DNA of 64,000 nucleotides from Gammaproteobacteria bacterium (GTDB lineage Bacteria; Pseudomonadota; Gammaproteobacteria; UBA1113): NCBI GenBank assembly GCA_020051155.1, contig JAGVJK010000001.1, positions 18,605 to 82,604 of the forward strand, read 5' to 3'. Shown piece by piece: positions 35,988 to 44,577 of this stretch (position 1 is its first letter; each line of letters starts with the position of its first letter). The notes under the pieces were generated by a model. It saw only the letters and a program-made list of their open reading frames with translations, ran no database searches and was not told where the DNA came from. The position numbers and the translations under genes were made by a program.

Positions 35988-37886
35988 TTAAATTGCATAA
36001 TAAGTTCCAATGGCAATTGTTCTATTATAAGGCAATTGATAGAAGGCAATGTCTAAATTAGCTGAATAGTTGCGCATTAAAAATGCAAATAACTTTTCTT
36101 GCCATGGAAACCTGAGCGTGCTTTCTATGGGGGTTGGTAAAATATTCGGTATTTCTACAAAATACGTTGCTTTGTCTACCGCAAATTTAAATGGCAATAA
36201 CTTCTGTTGCACACACTCTCCCAGCGCCTGTGGTATCGCAATAAAATCCATGAATCCATAATGCAAAATAACATGGGTCACTCGCTGTCCTAGACACTTC
36301 ACTTCAAAACGATCCGCTGATGTCACATAAGGTATGTTTGAAACACTGTAGCTCACCATTAAAATATGTTCCGGGATTGCGTGACTTAATTTTAAAAATT
36401 GTAAAAAACTACCACCGCTATCATCATAAGCATCCGTAATAAAGACTGCCGTTGTATCGGTTAATTGTTGTAAATTTTTGCCATGCAAACGTTCCAAAAT
36501 TGCTGACACACTTTCTTTTTTCATATAGTAGGTTTTGCGAAGATAGGCCATTCCTTGATTCCAGGTATACATGACAAAGGCGCAGAGCATCGCAAACAAA
36601 ATAGGAATCCAGCCCCCTGTCACAATTTTTTCAGCATTTGCGCCAAAAAATGCGAGATCAATTAATAAAAAAATCGAAAAGACCGATATAACTTTTATCC
36701 AATGCCATTTCCACACATTATGCGCCGCATACACAATCATTAACGTCACTAACAGCATCACAATATTCACCGCAATGCCGTAAGCATGGGTCAAGGCATC
36801 GGAAGATTTAAACATCAGCACAAACAACAGTGAGCCAAGGCCCAAAATAATATTCATTTGTGGAATGTAAATTTGTCCATGACGGGTTTTTGAAGTCTGA
36901 ATAATTGGCAAATGCGGATAAAGCCCTAATAGCACCGCTTGTTTTGCTAATGAAAAAGTAGCAGTAATCACTGCTTGCGAAGCAATCACTGTAGCGATAG
37001 TCGCCAAAATCACAAAGGGAATCAAAAACCAAGAGGGTGCTAACATATAAAATGGATTTTCTGAAGCTGAGGCAGGATGAGTATAAATGTATGCAGCCTG
37101 ACCGGCATAATTCAATAACAACGCGGGCAAAGCACAAGAAAACCAGCTAAACCGAATAGGCCACTTGCCAAAATGTCCTAAATCCGCATAAAGAGCCTCA
37201 CCACCCGTCACAACCAAAAAAACACCGCCGAGTAATGCATAGCCCTTCCAGCCTGCCACCATCATAAAATGGATCGCATAATAAGGATTTATTGCACGCA
37301 ACACAAAAGGCTGTTTCAAAATTTCTACTAAACCTAACCCGCCAATAACCGTGAACCACACAAGCATCACTGGGCCGAAAGTAAAACCAATTTTTTCTGT
37401 GCCGCGCGATTGAAATAAAAATAGCAACAAAAGAATAGTGCATGCTAAAGGCACCGCCCAATGAGTAAATTGAGTCGAAACCAAACTCAATCCTTCGACG
37501 GCACTTAATACGGAAATAGCGGGCGTTAACATACCATCACCCAGCATAAACCCTGCGCCAAAAATACCAATGATAAAAAATAATTTGATACTATTACCAT
37601 TGGCTTTCGTGCTGCGCTTTAAAAGTGCCAACAACGCTAGCACGCCACCTTCCCCATCATTATCTGTACTTAATACGAGGGAAAGATATTTAATGGAAAT
37701 CACTAAAATGAGGGACCAGACAATCAGTGACAATATGCCCAGAATATTCACTGCGTTAACCGGCAAGCCTAATAATGCTGCGCGTAACGCATATAAAGGA
37801 CTTGTACCGATATCACCAAACACCACTCCGAGGGCAGCAATTGAAAGTGGCAACAATGATTGTTCTTTAAGCTGATCCTTCGCCAT
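35988..37886 (-). CDS. kup: Kup/HAK/KT potassium uptake transporter
   Basis: 632 aa with the family N-terminus GVVFGDIGTSPLYAL, about 12 TM helices and a cytosolic C-terminal domain. Confidence 0.9.
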   Translation of the reverse strand: MAKDQLKEQSLLPLSIAALGVVFGDIGTSPLYALRAALLGLPVNAVNILGILSLIVWSLILVISIKYLSLVLSTDNDGEGGVLALLALLKRSTKANGNSIKLFFIIGIFGAGFMLGDGMLTPAISVLSAVEGLSLVSTQFTHWAVPLACTILLLLFLFQSRGTEKIGFTFGPVMLVWFTVIGGLGLVEILKQPFVLRAINPYYAIHFMMVAGWKGYALLGGVFLVVTGGEALYADLGHFGKWPIRFSWFSCALPALLLNYAGQAAYIYTHPASASENPFYMLAPSWFLIPFVILATIATVIASQAVITATFSLAKQAVLLGLYPHLPIIQTSKTRHGQIYIPQMNIILGLGSLLFVLMFKSSDALTHAYGIAVNIVMLLVTLMIVYAAHNVWKWHWIKVISVFSIFLLIDLAFFGANAEKIVTGGWIPILFAMLCAFVMYTWNQGMAYLRKTYYMKKESVSAILERLHGKNLQQLTDTTAVFITDAYDDSGGSFLQFLKLSHAIPEHILMVSYSVSNIPYVTSADRFEVKCLGQRVTHVILHYGFMDFIAIPQALGECVQQKLLPFKFAVDKATYFVEIPNILPTPIESTLRFPWQEKLFAFLMRNYSANLDIAFYQLPYNRTIAIGTYYAI

Positions 37887-37951
37887 GCAATAACGATCCT
37901 TATCCTATAAACTTCTTGAGGATAGGGTGATTTGTTTTCTGTGTCAATGGT

Positions 37952-38635
37952 TCAAGAAATGGCTAGCACATAAGTTCGCCATGGCATGTAATATTTCAAC
38001 ATATCCACGTAACCAATGATCTTAAAGCCTGCGTTGATAAACTCTTGTTCTTGCAGTTCTGCATCAAAACAATGTCGATTAATTTGCGTTGCATGTTGTG
38101 TAATATGTTTCGCTTTTTTAGAGCTACGATAATTTCTGTAATTACCATTAATCCATGTCGATACACAGATTGTATCTCGCGCAACACGTGCTAATTCTTT
38201 ATAAATGGTCGTACGATAATCGGCAATACCGATATGGTGCAACAAACGCATACAACAAATACTATCGACTGATTTATCCGGTAAATCGATAGCTCCTGCG
38301 TTAGATTTTAAAAAATCTGTATGAGCTAATACTTTAGGAGAACTCTTTTCCTTCGCTACTTTCAACATCCCATCCGACAAGTCTGCCGCAAAAATATGGT
38401 TTGCACCCGCAGCAAGAATCGTTGGTAAAAAACGACCCGCTCCGCAAGGTAAATCTAAGACGACGTTGGGAGAACCTGCTAACACTAATGCTTTCGCTAA
38501 CATACGTTGCTCTAACCATGTTGCAAATCGACGGTATGGTTTTGCTTGGTGGCGATGATAGTAATGTAAGGCGCGTTGGTAACTGTATTTTTCTTCGAAA
38601 GGTAACGAGTGTTTTATTTTTTCCTCGGCAAACAT
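37952..38635 (-). CDS. Class I SAM-dependent methyltransferase
   Basis: Motif I VLDLPCGAGRF and a post-I acidic residue in AADLSDGM. Confidence 0.7.
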   Translation of the reverse strand: MFAEEKIKHSLPFEEKYSYQRALHYYHRHQAKPYRRFATWLEQRMLAKALVLAGSPNVVLDLPCGAGRFLPTILAAGANHIFAADLSDGMLKVAKEKSSPKVLAHTDFLKSNAGAIDLPDKSVDSICCMRLLHHIGIADYRTTIYKELARVARDTICVSTWINGNYRNYRSSKKAKHITQHATQINRHCFDAELQEQEFINAGFKIIGYVDMLKYYMPWRTYVLAIS

Positions 38636-38807
38636 AAAGAAACAACCTGTGAGTCATGTGTTAAAATTGCACCAACCATACCACGAAGAGCAAAAAAAAA
38701 CCAGACTTTGTTTTTTTTCAAGCTGTTAATCATCTCTTAATTTTTCCTCTATTACAGTTTCGCTTATAATGCCGCTGCTTAATGAACGAAACGGGGGAGT
38801 AACACCC

Positions 38808-39200
38808 ATGCTAAAGAAAACATTGACTATCATTGCCATAAGCGCATTGATGAGTACTTACGGTGCCGCAGCCTATGCCAATGGTCATGGCAATTGGGGA
38901 CATGCTGGTTGGGGCTATGGCAACAATTGGCACCACTATGGTGGCTGGGGTCACGGCTACTATTACAATAACTATTACAACAATGGTTGGTGGGTCTTAC
39001 CTGCCGTTGCAACCATTGCCAGTGTTGCGGTGATTGCAGCATCGGCGAATAATCATCAAGAAGTGATCTATCCAAATGTCTATGCGTGTCAAGCACAGTA
39101 TGGTCGTTATATTTATCAAGGAAGTTTTCATCCCGGTGGGCCGTGTTATGTGAATATGAAAGGGAGAGTTTTTGCTTTTACTCGTTATCGGCCTTTATAG
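38808..39200 (+). CDS. Small secreted protein with a Gly/Trp/His/Tyr/Asn-rich low-complexity core
   Basis: Start at ATG 38808 (MLKK...) with GGGGGAG 10 nt upstream and a TATAAT at about 38752. Signal peptide MLKKTLTIIAISALMSTYGAAAYA, then NGHGNWGHAGWGYGNNWHHYGGWGHGYYYNNYYNNGWW, a hydrophobic segment, and a C-terminal region with two Cys. Confidence 0.5.
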   Translation: MLKKTLTIIAISALMSTYGAAAYANGHGNWGHAGWGYGNNWHHYGGWGHGYYYNNYYNNGWWVLPAVATIASVAVIAASANNHQEVIYPNVYACQAQYGRYIYQGSFHPGGPCYVNMKGRVFAFTRYRPL

Positions 39201-39208
39201 TTTAAAGA

Positions 39209-39395
39209 GGAGCGATCGAGCGTATCGCTCCTTCTTGTCTCGACGGCTTGGTTAAAACCCGCCGTGAATCCTTCCCTGGAGGCTTCGTCGCAGCATCCAT
39301 GCTGCTCAGAGTTTTAACCAAGCCGTCGAGACAAGAAGGAGCTATCGAGTTCCGATGCTTCATTCTAGACGAGAGAGGGCGATACGCTCGATTTT
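39209..39395. repeat. Nested palindromic element (about 185 bp) between convergent genes
   Basis: Inner 31-bp perfect inverted repeat CTCCTTCTTGTCTCGACGGCTTGGTTAAAAC (39228-39258 and 39311-39341). Outer inverted repeat ATCGAGCGTATCGC / GCGATACGCTCGAT (39215-39228 and 39379-39392). A T-run follows. Confidence 0.65.
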
Positions 39396-39428
39396 TTAAA
39401 TGACACGCTTGTTTGTCCTCTGCAGAAC

Positions 39429-40682
39429 TCAGCCCTCTTCAGCGCTAGCGGGTAACACTTCACGATCACTGGCATGATCTAAATTAGAAACTACTAGTGT
39501 TGTGAATAAATCGCCAGCTACGTTTGTTGCTGTTTGCATCATATCATTGAAACGATCCACGCCAGCGATGAGCGGTAATGCGCCTAAGGGAATTCCCACG
39601 GCGGTTTGGACTGCGCCCATTACCACTAATGCTGAACCCGGCACTGCTGCTGCGCCCATGGCGGTTAGTACAATGATGAATAACATTGTTGAGTATTGCT
39701 CAACACCTAAATGTACGCCGTAAATATTGGCGGCGAACACCGTCGCGGCACTTAAATAAACGGAGAGACCATTCAAATTTAAACTAATACCTAGGGGAAT
39801 TAGAAAACGAGTATAAAGGGGTTTAATACCTAATTTTTCTTCGGCGCTTTTTAAGGTAACCGGCATGGTGGCTGCGCTGCTAGAGGTGGTGTAAGCCGTC
39901 AGCAGTGGCGTTAAAATACCTTTGAAAAAAAATCGTGGCGAGACGCCTAGCATGAAATACAGCACGATGCCGTAAAAAGCTAACATGCCGAAGCAACCTA
40001 GATAAACACTCGCAATAAATTTTAATAAAGGAATGAGCGCTTGCACACCGTACTGCCCTACCACGCTGGCAATCAAGGCAAAAATACCATAAGGTGCGAA
40101 ACTCATTACGAGTAAGGCTAATTTGATCACGACATTGAAACAGGAGCGACAAAATTGCGCCACAGGTACTGCGTGTTCTTGGGTACGATTCATAGCGATG
40201 CCAAAGAAAATAGCAAATACTAAAATTTGGATGACATTGCCTGAGCTGAATGCTTGAATGGGATTATCTGGAATTAAATTTTCAAAAAAACTTTGCCAAT
40301 TTAACATGGCCGGCGCGGCGGTATTTGTCGCCAGTGTGGAAACCAATTGCAGCCCCTTGCCTGGCATTAACAGTGAGGCAGCTAAAATACCCATAGTGGC
40401 AGCTACCAACATACACAGCACGTAAAAACCAATTGCCTTAAAAGCAATGCGTCGCATAGAGCGCACATCATTAACAGATAGGAAGGCATTGATGATCGAG
40501 AAAAATAATACGGGCACGATGATCATATGGATACCGCGAATAAACATATCGCCGATGGGTTTAATCACTAGGATTTTTTCTTTAAACACCAAGCCCGCGA
40601 CAATCCCCAATATCAATGCAATTAAAATCTTTTGCCACATGGGGTATTTGAACCAATTAAAACGGCTAAGGTGTTTTTTCAT
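39429..40682 (-). CDS. Dicarboxylate/amino acid:cation symporter (DAACS family, GltP/DctA/TcyP-like)
   Basis: 417 aa with about 8 TM helices plus re-entrant hairpins and serine-rich SSSAATMP-like motifs typical of the glutamate-transporter fold. Confidence 0.8.
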   Translation of the reverse strand: MKKHLSRFNWFKYPMWQKILIALILGIVAGLVFKEKILVIKPIGDMFIRGIHMIIVPVLFFSIINAFLSVNDVRSMRRIAFKAIGFYVLCMLVAATMGILAASLLMPGKGLQLVSTLATNTAAPAMLNWQSFFENLIPDNPIQAFSSGNVIQILVFAIFFGIAMNRTQEHAVPVAQFCRSCFNVVIKLALLVMSFAPYGIFALIASVVGQYGVQALIPLLKFIASVYLGCFGMLAFYGIVLYFMLGVSPRFFFKGILTPLLTAYTTSSSAATMPVTLKSAEEKLGIKPLYTRFLIPLGISLNLNGLSVYLSAATVFAANIYGVHLGVEQYSTMLFIIVLTAMGAAAVPGSALVVMGAVQTAVGIPLGALPLIAGVDRFNDMMQTATNVAGDLFTTLVVSNLDHASDREVLPASAEEG

Positions 40683-40715
40683 CCTCGTATCATCCTGTTA
40701 TTCGGTGGGGATTTA

Positions 40716-40839
40716 CCGCTCGTACCTCAAGACACGAGCCTAACACTTCGCCCTGACGGTTATCTTGCAACGATTGTCAATCGCTGCAAGATAACCGCCA
40801 TGGCTGTTATGCTAGATTCATGTATTGAGGTACGAACGG
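40716..40839. repeat. Structured palindromic element in the divergent promoter/leader region
   Basis: Outer inverted repeat CCGCTCGTACCTCAA / TTGAGGTACGAACGG (14/15). Central hairpin GGTTATCTTGCAACGATTG-T-CAATCGCTGCAAGATAACC (18/19) with almost no loop. Confidence 0.5.
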
Positions 40840-40966
40840 TATTGAACGTGTACGGATTGTGCTTGGCTGCCCGTCATCTGTCAAGACTCCGTGACAATCT
40901 TGCTTTTTTTTGATACAATTCTCCGCTTTGCAGTAAAGAAAGCCCAAAGCTAACGGAGTCTATGCT

Positions 40967-42190
40967 ATGCGTCACTACAGCGTCGTCGGTTTAATTGCCT
41001 TATTGGCACCCTTGGTATTTAGTTTTGCCATTGGCCAAGATATTTTTATCCCTGTGGTTCCGAAAATGATGGATGTGCTTCATGCTAGTCAAAGCTCTGT
41101 GCAATTAACCTTGAGTTTGTTTATGTCTGCGGTGGGTTTTGGACAATTAATTAGTGGCCCCTTATCTGATCAATTTGGACGTCGTCGCATTATTCTCTGG
41201 GGCTTATTCCTCTATATTGTTGCTTCTCTGTTATGTGCATTTGCTACCACATTACCCTTGCTCATTGCTGCGCGGGTGCTAGAAGGCTTTGGTGCCTGTG
41301 GCATGATGGTGGGCGCTTTTGCGGTGGTGCGTGATCTTTATTCCGGCAATGAAAGTGCGCGCCTGTATAGTTATCTAAACGGAGCCATCGCCGTTTCGCC
41401 GTTATTAGCGCCACTCATGGGAGGCTTGCTCGATACGTGGTTTGGTTGGCGCGCACCTTTTGTCGCCCTAGGTGTAATTGGGTTAATCACGGCGATACCC
41501 ACTTGGTTTTTATTATCTGAAACGCAGCCACCTCAATATCGAGTGAAAGCAGATTTCTCTATCATTAAACGTTATGCGCGGATTATCAGTAACAAACAGT
41601 TTTTTTGTTTTGCCTTTGCGGCTTCTAGTTCTCTGGCATCTTTCTTTGTTTTCTTCTCTGTATCTCCTTATGTCTTAATGACTCTGTTGCATGTGCCAGA
41701 GGTGAACTTTGGGTTTTATTTTGCATTGGTTGGCACTGTGTTTTTCATCATGAGCTTAATCTCTGCAAAACTATGTTTGCGCTGGGGTATCTTTCCTGTG
41801 GTTATCTTAGGAACTTCCTTGATTGCTTTCAGCGGTATTGTGGGATTTTTATGGTATACCTTCTTTGGTTTAAGTGTCGTTGGTTTTGTCATACCCGCTT
41901 GCATTGCTAGTAGCGGTGGCGCTTGTTTAATGGGTTCAGGTGCGGGTGGCGCACTAGAACCTTTTGGTGAAATTGCAGGTTCCGCTTCAGCTGTATTAGG
42001 TGCCTTTGAGTTTTTGCTCTCTACGATCACCGGTTCTATCGTCATGAGTTGGAACATTCAATCAGACCTGCCTTTTGCTATAGGCAATTTGTGTTTGGGT
42101 TTGACTGCGCTAACGTTGATTTTATTATGGCGATATGGATACTTGCTGTTTACTCCGGGCGTCCACGAAGGCGATTCACAATGTAGTTAA
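40967..42190 (+). CDS. MFS transporter, Bcr/CflA drug-resistance subfamily
   Basis: 12 TM helices and the GPLSDQFGRRRIILWG motif A. GGAG lies 10 nt upstream of the start. Confidence 0.85.
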   Translation: MRHYSVVGLIALLAPLVFSFAIGQDIFIPVVPKMMDVLHASQSSVQLTLSLFMSAVGFGQLISGPLSDQFGRRRIILWGLFLYIVASLLCAFATTLPLLIAARVLEGFGACGMMVGAFAVVRDLYSGNESARLYSYLNGAIAVSPLLAPLMGGLLDTWFGWRAPFVALGVIGLITAIPTWFLLSETQPPQYRVKADFSIIKRYARIISNKQFFCFAFAASSSLASFFVFFSVSPYVLMTLLHVPEVNFGFYFALVGTVFFIMSLISAKLCLRWGIFPVVILGTSLIAFSGIVGFLWYTFFGLSVVGFVIPACIASSGGACLMGSGAGGALEPFGEIAGSASAVLGAFEFLLSTITGSIVMSWNIQSDLPFAIGNLCLGLTALTLILLWRYGYLLFTPGVHEGDSQCS

Positions 42191-43526
42191 TGGTTGAGTA
42201 AATCAACACGCCAACGCTGTATTGACGGAAGCCGAAGGTTTCAAAAAATGTCAGTATCAATAAGCGAGGCACATCACTAGCATGCCGATAATAATTGAAT
42301 GTAATGTAGTTAATCACTTCATTCGCAATAGTGATATAAGCCACGAAGCCCCATGCCAACAAAAGAAATAATATCGTACTATGCAAATTAAAAATGCCTA
42401 AATAGCAGGTTGCTGCAATCGTTAAATATGCAGCACACTCAATAATTGGAGCCAAGACTTCCAAATAAACATACCCTGGGTAACCCAGAAGACCTTGAAT
42501 ACCATAACGAGGATTAAAAAACATATACCAATAACGAGAAGTTGCGCGCAAAATACCTCTGCGCCATTTATTTCGTTGCTTGGCAAATTCTTTTAATGTT
42601 GCGGGAACATCTGTCCATACAGCTGCTGCTGGGTTAAAGAGCATTCTGTACGGCCGATTATGTTGGTGCATATAGGCATGTAGATGCATGATAATCTCAA
42701 TATCTTGCGCAAAATTTTTGGTATCAAAACCACCTACATCCAGCACTGCTTTACGTTCATACAAGGTTGCTGTCCCTGAGTAACCCATAGTACCACCAAA
42801 TAAATTCCAGCCAGTTCGGCTAAACAAATGAGAGCGAATATACTCTAATGTTTGCACAGCGGGGGTAAACTGCCGCGGCAACGCAGGTTCGGTGACTCGG
42901 CCATTCCCATAAACACAACCATTTAAAATATAAACTCCACCCGCTACAACAATCGTATTTTCATGGGTCATCAAGTCATAGACAAACTCTGAAATAGTGG
43001 ATGGATACATCAACGTATCACCATCCAGCGTCATAAAATAAGGAGTAAAACAAGCATTCACACCAACATTCAATGAATCACTTCGCCCACCATTCTTCTC
43101 CTTATCAAGCACCATGATGTTGGGATGTGTTTTTGATACATAAGCTGTTTTAACCGCTGTCGCTGGAATTTTCTCGTCGAGCACTACGGGAACTTCCACC
43201 AGCTCAAAATGCTCTTTAATAATGCTCATGGTATTATCTTTTGAAGCATCATTAACGATGATGAGATACAAGTTCTGATACCTGGAATTTAAAACGCTGC
43301 CAATGGCATCTACAATACATTCTTCTTCATTATAGGCTGGCATAATAACAGTGACTGGCGGCAATACCTCTGAGTTTAATAATGTATCTGAGCGAGTATA
43401 CCGGAAACGTTTAAAATAATTACTAATCGTGGGAATACAACCAATCAATAAGATCGTGTAAAAAATTGCAGATAGAATAAAGTACGCCAGTACAATAAGA
43501 ATAGCGATTTCTGTCACTTCTCTCAT
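42150..43526 (-). CDS. Processive family-2 glycosyltransferase (PgaC/IcaA/NodC/BcsA-like synthase)
   Basis: TM helices at the N- and C-termini. Carries VIMPAYNEEE (the first-aspartate region), DGDTLM and the QRNKWRRG (QxxRW) processivity motif. Overlaps the upstream gene by 4 nt. Confidence 0.85.
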   Translation of the reverse strand: MREVTEIAILIVLAYFILSAIFYTILLIGCIPTISNYFKRFRYTRSDTLLNSEVLPPVTVIMPAYNEEECIVDAIGSVLNSRYQNLYLIIVNDASKDNTMSIIKEHFELVEVPVVLDEKIPATAVKTAYVSKTHPNIMVLDKEKNGGRSDSLNVGVNACFTPYFMTLDGDTLMYPSTISEFVYDLMTHENTIVVAGGVYILNGCVYGNGRVTEPALPRQFTPAVQTLEYIRSHLFSRTGWNLFGGTMGYSGTATLYERKAVLDVGGFDTKNFAQDIEIIMHLHAYMHQHNRPYRMLFNPAAAVWTDVPATLKEFAKQRNKWRRGILRATSRYWYMFFNPRYGIQGLLGYPGYVYLEVLAPIIECAAYLTIAATCYLGIFNLHSTILFLLLAWGFVAYITIANEVINYITFNYYRHASDVPRLLILTFFETFGFRQYSVGVLIYSTINYIVNRLRGRPE

Positions 43527-44575
43527 TTTTTGTCCTCGCGTATATTACGTATTTTCATAAAATAAGATGGCTCTTGAAATTTCTCATCTCCCCTTTCGCC
43601 TTGATAACTCGCTAATAGCGCTAGGCCTTCCTCTCCCAAATTGGCTAAGACTTTTGCCGCATTCACCCGCACCCACCACGCTTCATCATTCAATGCGTTG
43701 CCCAATGGCTGTAAAATAGCTTCTTTTTCCAGATGACTCATGCTTTGCACAGCAATATTACGCACCAACCAATTTTCATCCGACAGTAGCTGAATTAGAA
43801 TCGGTGTTGCTTTTTCTTTATGGGTCTTTTCTAGAATTCGAATCGCTGATAATTTTAGTTCAAGATCTTTCGATTGCACATCTCGAGCAGCTTCTTCAAA
43901 AAATAGATCCGTTGGGCCTATTTTTTTTAAAATACGATAACAGGTTCTACATAATCTAGTATCTTCATGATTTGATAATTTTGTTTTAATGACGCTCAAC
44001 AATGCACTCGTTACAGAAAGTTGTGCAATGTATAAGATTTGAAAGTGGTCTGTTACTTTATTTATTCGTTCTACCAATGCTTCCAACACGGGTACTGTAT
44101 CAACATTTATCGCTACTTTTACCGCATTAATGCTAATCACTGGGACTCTATCATTGACTAGTTTTATCACTAGCTTTTCATACGTGGCATCGACATAATA
44201 CAGCAAGCATTGCACTAATAAAAAACGCCGTCCCCAATTGCGAGCCTGACCGTATTTTACTGCACTGGGTAAAACTTGTGTCCTCATAAGATCTTTTTTA
44301 TGTTTCTGCCATCCTGAATCTTTTTTACGCATGTCATCCCAACGAAAAAAAGAGCGAATGATGATGTGAGGTTGCTTAGCGTACGGCAAATGCCCTCCAT
44401 TGTTATGGTGGCAAAAATTAATAAAAAAGTGATCGATTTTCTTAATTTTTTTCGCATCAAAGTACTTTTTTATGTAGGAAACAAAACCAACCATGTAAAC
44501 ACAGATAACTAACAAAAAAATGATGACCGCTTCAAAGATTAAGACACCCTCAATGACAAAATCAAAATTTTGCAT
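43523..44575 (-). CDS. HEAT-repeat protein with an N-terminal TM anchor, in the GT2 operon
   Basis: N-terminal hydrophobic helix (VLIFEAVIIFLLVICVYMVGF). The C-terminal half has HEAT/PBS-lyase-type repeats (LLSDENWLVRNIAVQSM, LNDEAWWVRVNAAKVL). Confidence 0.55.
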   Translation of the reverse strand: MQNFDFVIEGVLIFEAVIIFLLVICVYMVGFVSYIKKYFDAKKIKKIDHFFINFCHHNNGGHLPYAKQPHIIIRSFFRWDDMRKKDSGWQKHKKDLMRTQVLPSAVKYGQARNWGRRFLLVQCLLYYVDATYEKLVIKLVNDRVPVISINAVKVAINVDTVPVLEALVERINKVTDHFQILYIAQLSVTSALLSVIKTKLSNHEDTRLCRTCYRILKKIGPTDLFFEEAARDVQSKDLELKLSAIRILEKTHKEKATPILIQLLSDENWLVRNIAVQSMSHLEKEAILQPLGNALNDEAWWVRVNAAKVLANLGEEGLALLASYQGERGDEKFQEPSYFMKIRNIREDKK

Positions 44576-44577
44576 AA

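Noticed and set aside
36070..38657. ORFs 36070..36261, 36571..36783, 36808..37137, 37198..37461, 37570..37875, 37996..38187, 38334..38657 and 38401..38637
   Set aside because: They lie within or antisense to kup and the methyltransferase gene, which are strongly supported.
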